From the NCBI GenBank assembly GCA_964496365.1, contig CAZBZK010000001.1, forward strand, positions 18,254 to 82,253: 64,000 bases of DNA, read 5' to 3'. The notes under the pieces are model-generated. The model was not told the origin of the DNA and did no database searches. It saw only the letters and a program-made list of their open reading frames with translations. This document shows, one piece after another, positions 59,017-64,000 of this stretch (positions are counted from its first letter, which is position 1; each line of letters opens with the position of its first letter). The translations under genes were made by a program, and so were the position numbers. The DNA comes from an uncultured bacterium. Lineage in GTDB: Bacteria; Fidelibacterota; Marinisomatia; Marinisomatales; AB-629-J13.

Positions 59017-60426
59017 ATGTTAATATCTAAAAACAAAGAAATTTCAAAAGAGATCATAGTTCTTGCCATTCCAGTTATAATTGGAAACGCAAGTCGAGTA
59101 TTAATGAGCCTTGTTGATATGGCAATGGTTGGGAGGCTGGGGGTTGAAGCTCTCGCTGCCACAGGAATGGGTGCTCTGTTGGTTTGGACGATCATCACGT
59201 TTTCTCTTGGTCTTAGGACAGCAACCCAAACCGTAGCCTCAAGAAGACTCGGACAGAAAAAACCAAACCAAAGCGGAACAGCGATGCATAATGGATTAAT
59301 AATGGCAATTATTTATGGCGTTCCAATTTCTGCCTTAGGATTTCTTTATGCTGAATTCTTTGTACCGTTTTTTCTTTCGGGGGAAGCAGGTTTCTTGTGC
59401 CAAGAATACACAAGAATAACAAGCCTTAGTGTTTTGTTTACGTCCATTGGGTTCATTTTTCAAGGTTTTTTCACAGGTGTGGAGAAAACAGAATACCACA
59501 TGAAAGTAACGGTAACCAGCAACATTCTAAATGTTTATTTGAATGCTGGACTTATTTACGGATCGGAAAATCTTTCAAAGATTTTTACCGACATTTATGG
59601 ATACGATTTAAGCTGGTTGTCCTACGTATGGGGATGGACTCATTTTCCTGAAATGGGGGTAGCGGGTGCGGCTACAGCCACTGTTATTTCATCTTTATGG
59701 ATGGTAATACATTATTGTTATTTTTTATTTAAGGCTAATATTAGGAAACGATTTAGTGTGTTTCGATTTCGGTTTGATTTATCGATGATAAAAAAACAAT
59801 TACATCTTGCTATTCCCATGGGAATACAAGAAGTGTTTATAACGGGAGGATGGGCTGTTTTTTACAAAATTGTTGGAATGATCGGCGTAATAGAATTAGC
59901 AGCGACAGAAATAGTATTTCAAATTATGCATGCTTCCATTTTACCTGCCATAGGCGTTGGACAGGCGTGTGCAACCTTGGTTAGTAAACATATGGGAGCC
60001 AATAGTATAAAAAAAGCAGAGAAGAGTATTGTGGAAAGCATTCGTTGGTCGGAAATAATTATGGGATCAATTGGGATAATATTTATTATATTTCCTGGAA
60101 TAATCATTCCAGTTTTTACTACAGACCCAAAGATTATTTCTATTTCAATCGTTGGTTTGAGGGTCATCGGAATTCTCCAGTTTTTTGATGCAGTTGGTTT
60201 GACGCTTTGGTTTGCACTAACAGGAGCAGGAAATACGATATTTCCAGCACTAACGGAGTCAATTTTATTGTGGGGAATTGCATTGCCAGTAAGCTATTTT
60301 TTAGGAGTGAAAATAGGTTTAGGGTTTTGGGTACCATGGACAGCACTATCCTTGCATGTTGTTATTTTTGCTTTTATTGTTGCATGGAAAGTTAAAAAAG
60401 GAGACTGGAAAGAGATTGAAGTCTGA
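59017..60426 (+). CDS. MATE-family efflux transporter
   Basis: 469 aa, 12 TM-like segments and the N-terminal pattern ILAIPVIIGNASRVLMSLVDMAMVGRLG typical of MATE/NorM. Confidence 0.85.
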   Translation: MLISKNKEISKEIIVLAIPVIIGNASRVLMSLVDMAMVGRLGVEALAATGMGALLVWTIITFSLGLRTATQTVASRRLGQKKPNQSGTAMHNGLIMAIIYGVPISALGFLYAEFFVPFFLSGEAGFLCQEYTRITSLSVLFTSIGFIFQGFFTGVEKTEYHMKVTVTSNILNVYLNAGLIYGSENLSKIFTDIYGYDLSWLSYVWGWTHFPEMGVAGAATATVISSLWMVIHYCYFLFKANIRKRFSVFRFRFDLSMIKKQLHLAIPMGIQEVFITGGWAVFYKIVGMIGVIELAATEIVFQIMHASILPAIGVGQACATLVSKHMGANSIKKAEKSIVESIRWSEIIMGSIGIIFIIFPGIIIPVFTTDPKIISISIVGLRVIGILQFFDAVGLTLWFALTGAGNTIFPALTESILLWGIALPVSYFLGVKIGLGFWVPWTALSLHVVIFAFIVAWKVKKGDWKEIEV

Positions 60427-60471
60427 GTGAAGATTTTTTGTAACTTTTAGGTTCTGATTGTTTACTTATCC

Positions 60472-63126
60472 ATGGAAAAAGATACCCAAGACATAGATCC
60501 CCAAGAAACCAGAGAATGGCTGGAATCCGTTGACGACGTGTTGAAAGAAGGAGGACCACAAAGGCTTAAATTTCTTTTAGAAAAATCAATTAAATACGCA
60601 GAGCTTCATGGAACACGTCTTCCTTTTAGCAATACGACCCCATTTATTAACACAATTCAACCACACGAACAATCAGCCTACCCCGGGAACAGAGAACTTG
60701 AAAGAAGAATAAAATCTATTATCAGGTGGAATGCCATGGCAATGGTGGTGAGAGCAAATAACAAATCACCGGGAATAGGAGGACACATTTCTACCTACGC
60801 ATCTAGTGCCAATTTGCTTGAAGTTGCATTTAATCATTTTTTCAAAGGGGAAAAGCATCCATCGGGAAGTGATTTAGTGTTTTTTCAGGGACACTCATCG
60901 CCCGGAATTTATGCCCGGGCTTTTATTGAAGGACGTTTGTCAAAAAAACATTTAGAAAACTTTCGCCGTGAATTATCGCATGAAGGGGGGCTTTCGTCTT
61001 ACCCGCACCCTTGGTTGATGCCTGATTTTTGGCAATTTGCAACCGTTTCTATGGGGTTAGGACCGTTGATGGCTATTTATCAAGCTCGGTTTATGAACTA
61101 TTTAATTGACAGAAAGTTTATGCGAAATACCGGACGAAAAGTGTGGGCTTTTTTAGGGGACGGAGAAATGGATGAACCGGAAGCCATGGGTGCTTTAATG
61201 ATGGCAGGTAGAGAACAATTAGATAATTTAATATTTGTGATTAACTGCAACCTGCAAAGACTCGATGGTCCTGTGCGGGGAAACGGCAAGATAATTCAAG
61301 AACTTGAAGGCGCTTTTCGAGGTTCGGGATGGAACGTAATAAAGGTTATTTGGGGAAAGGACTGGGATCCCCTTTTAGAAAAAGACAAAACAGGATTACT
61401 TCTGAAAAGAATGGAAGAGGTTGTCGATGGAGAAATGTTAAAATATATTGTGGAGGGAGGGAGTTACATTCGAAAAAACTTCTTTGGGAAATATTCGGAA
61501 TTAGAAGAACTTGTAAAAAACTACTCAGATGAAGATCTTCACAGTCTCCGGGCTGGAGGTCACGATCCGGAAAAAATGTATGCAGCCTATAATGAAGCAA
61601 TCCAACACATAGGACAGCCCACCGTTATTTTAGCAAGAACGATAAAAGGGTATGGTTTGGGAGAAGCAGGGGAAGGAAGAAACATTACACACCAACAGAA
61701 AAAATTAAATGAAAATGAATTATTAAGTTTTAGAGATAGGTTTAAAATTCCTTTATCAGATGAAAAAGCATCAAACGCCCCCTTTTATAGCTTTTCAAAG
61801 GGAAGCAGGGAGCTAAATTATGTGTTAGAAAAAAGAAAACAATTGGGGGGGGTTCTTCCATTAAGAAAGAAGCATTCAGATAAAATTTCCTTACCAAGTA
61901 TCGAAATTTTTAATGAACTATTAGAAGGAACAGAGGAAAGACAGATTTCGACCACAATGGTTTTTGTGCGTTTATTGACATTGTTATGTAAAGACAAAAC
62001 CATAGGAAAACATATTGTCCCAATTATTCCGGACGAAGCCAGAACCTTTGGGATGGACCCCTTGTTTAGACAACTTGGAATTTATTCTCATTTTGGACAG
62101 CTATATGACCCGGTGGACTCAGACCAGTTTTTATATTACAAAGAAATAAAAGAGGGACAAATTTTGGAAGAGGGTATAAACGAAGCCGGTGCCATTTCTT
62201 CCTTTATAGCTGCCGGAACTTCTTATAGTAACCACGGCATTAATATGATTCCATTCTACATCTATTATTCCATGTTTGGTTTCCAAAGAGTATGGGATTT
62301 TATTTGGGCTGCTGGTGATATGCGAACCCGTGGTTTTTTGCTGGGAGGAACTGCAGGAAGGACTACATTGAACGGCGAAGGACTTCAACATCAAGATGGA
62401 CATAGCCACCTAGCCGCAGCCGCTACGCCAAACATAAAGGCTTATGATTTAGCCTACTCTTATGAAATCGCCACAGTGATTCTCCATGGGATGAAAGAAA
62501 TGATAGAAGAACAAAAAGACGTTGTTTACTATTTAACAGTTGAAAACGAAAACTATTCCCACCCTTCTATGCCGACTGATGCTGAGGATGGGATAGTAAA
62601 GGGAATGTACAAGATACGATCAACAGAAAATCCAACACTTCGATTATTAGGATCTGGGCCCTTAATGAAAGAAGTTTTACTTGCTGCGGATTTATTGGCA
62701 GAAGACTGGAAAGTTGATGCAGGAATTTGGTGTGTAACAAGCTTTAGCGAGTTGAGAAGAGAAGCGGAAGAAATAGAACGATGGAACCTACTACATCCGG
62801 AAAAACAACAAAAAAAATCACATTTAGAGAAAAAGCTAAAAAATGACCGAGTTCCGACAGTAGCAGTATCGGATTATGTAAAGATGGTATCAGAGCAAAT
62901 AGCTCCATATGTACCGGGACCTTATTATGCGCTGGGTACAGATGGATTTGGGAGGAGCGAAACTAGAGAAAACCTAAGACATTTTTTTGAAGTGGATCAA
63001 TTTTACATTGTCTTGGCAGGAATTCGGGCATTAGCTCTTTCAGGAAAAATTGAAAAGACAAAAATGCATGAGGCGATGAAAAAATATGATATTAATCCAA
63101 AAAAACCCAGCCCCATAACCGTATGA
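60472..63126 (+). CDS. aceE: Pyruvate dehydrogenase E1 component (homodimeric AceE type)
   Basis: 884 aa with N-terminal DPQETREWLES, GGHISTYASSA, and the TPP-binding GDGEMDEPE...NLQRLDGPVRGN. Confidence 0.95.
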   Translation: MEKDTQDIDPQETREWLESVDDVLKEGGPQRLKFLLEKSIKYAELHGTRLPFSNTTPFINTIQPHEQSAYPGNRELERRIKSIIRWNAMAMVVRANNKSPGIGGHISTYASSANLLEVAFNHFFKGEKHPSGSDLVFFQGHSSPGIYARAFIEGRLSKKHLENFRRELSHEGGLSSYPHPWLMPDFWQFATVSMGLGPLMAIYQARFMNYLIDRKFMRNTGRKVWAFLGDGEMDEPEAMGALMMAGREQLDNLIFVINCNLQRLDGPVRGNGKIIQELEGAFRGSGWNVIKVIWGKDWDPLLEKDKTGLLLKRMEEVVDGEMLKYIVEGGSYIRKNFFGKYSELEELVKNYSDEDLHSLRAGGHDPEKMYAAYNEAIQHIGQPTVILARTIKGYGLGEAGEGRNITHQQKKLNENELLSFRDRFKIPLSDEKASNAPFYSFSKGSRELNYVLEKRKQLGGVLPLRKKHSDKISLPSIEIFNELLEGTEERQISTTMVFVRLLTLLCKDKTIGKHIVPIIPDEARTFGMDPLFRQLGIYSHFGQLYDPVDSDQFLYYKEIKEGQILEEGINEAGAISSFIAAGTSYSNHGINMIPFYIYYSMFGFQRVWDFIWAAGDMRTRGFLLGGTAGRTTLNGEGLQHQDGHSHLAAAATPNIKAYDLAYSYEIATVILHGMKEMIEEQKDVVYYLTVENENYSHPSMPTDAEDGIVKGMYKIRSTENPTLRLLGSGPLMKEVLLAADLLAEDWKVDAGIWCVTSFSELRREAEEIERWNLLHPEKQQKKSHLEKKLKNDRVPTVAVSDYVKMVSEQIAPYVPGPYYALGTDGFGRSETRENLRHFFEVDQFYIVLAGIRALALSGKIEKTKMHEAMKKYDINPKKPSPITV

Positions 63127-64000
63127 ATGCGTTGTATGTTTTAACCCTTCCGCACTTAGGTGAAGGAGTGGACTCAGCAGATGTAAGTGAGGTTTTGGTT
63201 TCAGTTGGGGATAAAATAAAAACAGACGATCCTGTTGTTGTGCTTGAATCAGAAAAAGCATCTATGGAAATTCCAATTGATACAAGCGGAACCGTAAAAG
63301 AAGTCTTTGTAAAAGAAGGAACCACGCTTTCTGCTGGCGATGAAATAATTTCAGTTCAAAGAGACAAGGTAGAAAAAGGGACCGATTTAGAATCTCAACC
63401 AAACACCGAGAAAGATACCAAGGATATAAATACACACCCTCCGATAAACACCCCTAATATTTCAATAAATCAAGAAGAAAAAGAAAAAAACTTCAGGACC
63501 AGCCCAAGCGTTAGAAAGCTATCAAGAGAACTCAACATCAATTTGTCCACAACCAGAGGAACAGGAAAAAAAGGGCGAATCACAAGAGACGACCTTATAA
63601 ACAAAATAAAAGAGAAAATGAAAACTCCCTCTGCTGTTGCTCAAAAAGAAATTGATTTTTCTCAATGGGGACCGATCAAAACTCAAGCATTAAACAAAAT
63701 AAAAAAAATTACGGGGCAACGATTAGAATTTGCTTGGCAATCCATTCCACAGGTGACACAATTTGACAAAGCCGACATAACAGAATTGGATAAATACAGG
63801 CGAGAAATAAACGAAAACAAAAAAACGAAAAAAATTACATTTCTCCCTTTTTTAATTAAAGCAGCTGTCCAAACTTTAAAAGAATTTCCAGAATTTAACT
63901 GTTCATTATCCGCTGATAAAGAAACATTAATATTCAAAAACTACTATCACATTAGTATTGCCGTAAACACCTCAGACGGCTTGGTTGTGCCCGTAATCAA
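63123..64000 (+). CDS. aceF: Dihydrolipoamide acetyltransferase E2 component (3' end off-window)
   Basis: Absent from the track because there is no stop in the window. ATG 63123 overlaps the aceE stop (ATGA). It has a lipoyl domain (VVVLESEKASMEIP), an E3/E1-binding domain (SPSVRKLSRELNINL...GTGKKGRITRDDL) and the start of the catalytic domain. Confidence 0.85.
   Translation, partial: MNALYVLTLPHLGEGVDSADVSEVLVSVGDKIKTDDPVVVLESEKASMEIPIDTSGTVKEVFVKEGTTLSAGDEIISVQRDKVEKGTDLESQPNTEKDTKDINTHPPINTPNISINQEEKEKNFRTSPSVRKLSRELNINLSTTRGTGKKGRITRDDLINKIKEKMKTPSAVAQKEIDFSQWGPIKTQALNKIKKITGQRLEFAWQSIPQVTQFDKADITELDKYRREINENKKTKKITFLPFLIKAAVQTLKEFPEFNCSLSADKETLIFKNYYHISIAVNTSDGLVVPVI

Overview
This is about 64 kb of low-GC chromosome from a diderm, LPS-making bacterium. 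I cannot assign a lineage from sequence alone. It carries about 60 tightly packed, mostly core housekeeping genes and spans the replication-origin neighbourhood. Left to right: fabA (partial) and ychF; a lipid A block (Gfo/Idh/MocA oxidoreductase, ICMT-like membrane methyltransferase, lpxB, DUF374, lpxK); ssb; a plsC-like acyltransferase; an EamA transporter; a predicted outer-membrane protein; an MltB-like transglycosylase; an aldehyde dehydrogenase; an alpha/beta-hydrolase lipoprotein; an Smr protein. A 520-bp leader region precedes an isolated motA-motB pair. Next come a multiply disrupted asnB pseudogene and ppdK. A translationally coupled operon follows (family-5 SBP, two ABC permeases, NUDIX, glutamate-cysteine ligase, C26 gamma-glutamyl hydrolase). 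Then pirin, two small membrane proteins, a three-subunit succinate dehydrogenase/fumarate reductase with a single unusual anchor, exbB-exbD-exbD-tonB, an S41 protease, DUF4442 and a PQQ-type dehydrogenase. The origin region reads dnaA (minus strand), then rpmH-yidD-yidC-mnmE-mnmG-mfd and two PPIase-like genes, a DnaA-box cluster (candidate oriC), then dnaN-recF-DUF721-gyrB-gyrA. The right end has yggS, a degenerate PNP-like ORF, psuG, a MATE pump, aceE and aceF (partial). I found no rRNA, tRNA, CRISPR array, transposase/integrase, prophage or recognisable defence genes, so I cannot point to a clear novel multi-gene system. The best leads are non-coding or contextual: (1) an identical 15-nt palindromic element that brackets mnmG exactly at both gene junctions; (2) an 87-nt element in the long motA leader whose 13-bp closing stem has strand-specific G-U wobbles; (3) an oriC-like DnaA-box, trio-like and AT-rich module upstream of dnaN, with dnaA 11 kb away on the other strand; (4) GnnA-like and LmtA-like genes inside the lipid A cluster; (5) the peptide-permease/NUDIX/GCL/gamma-glutamyl-hydrolase operon; (6) the SDH anchor with a Cys/His cluster. 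All functional calls rest on motif recognition by eye. No database search was run, and start codons are approximate where noted.
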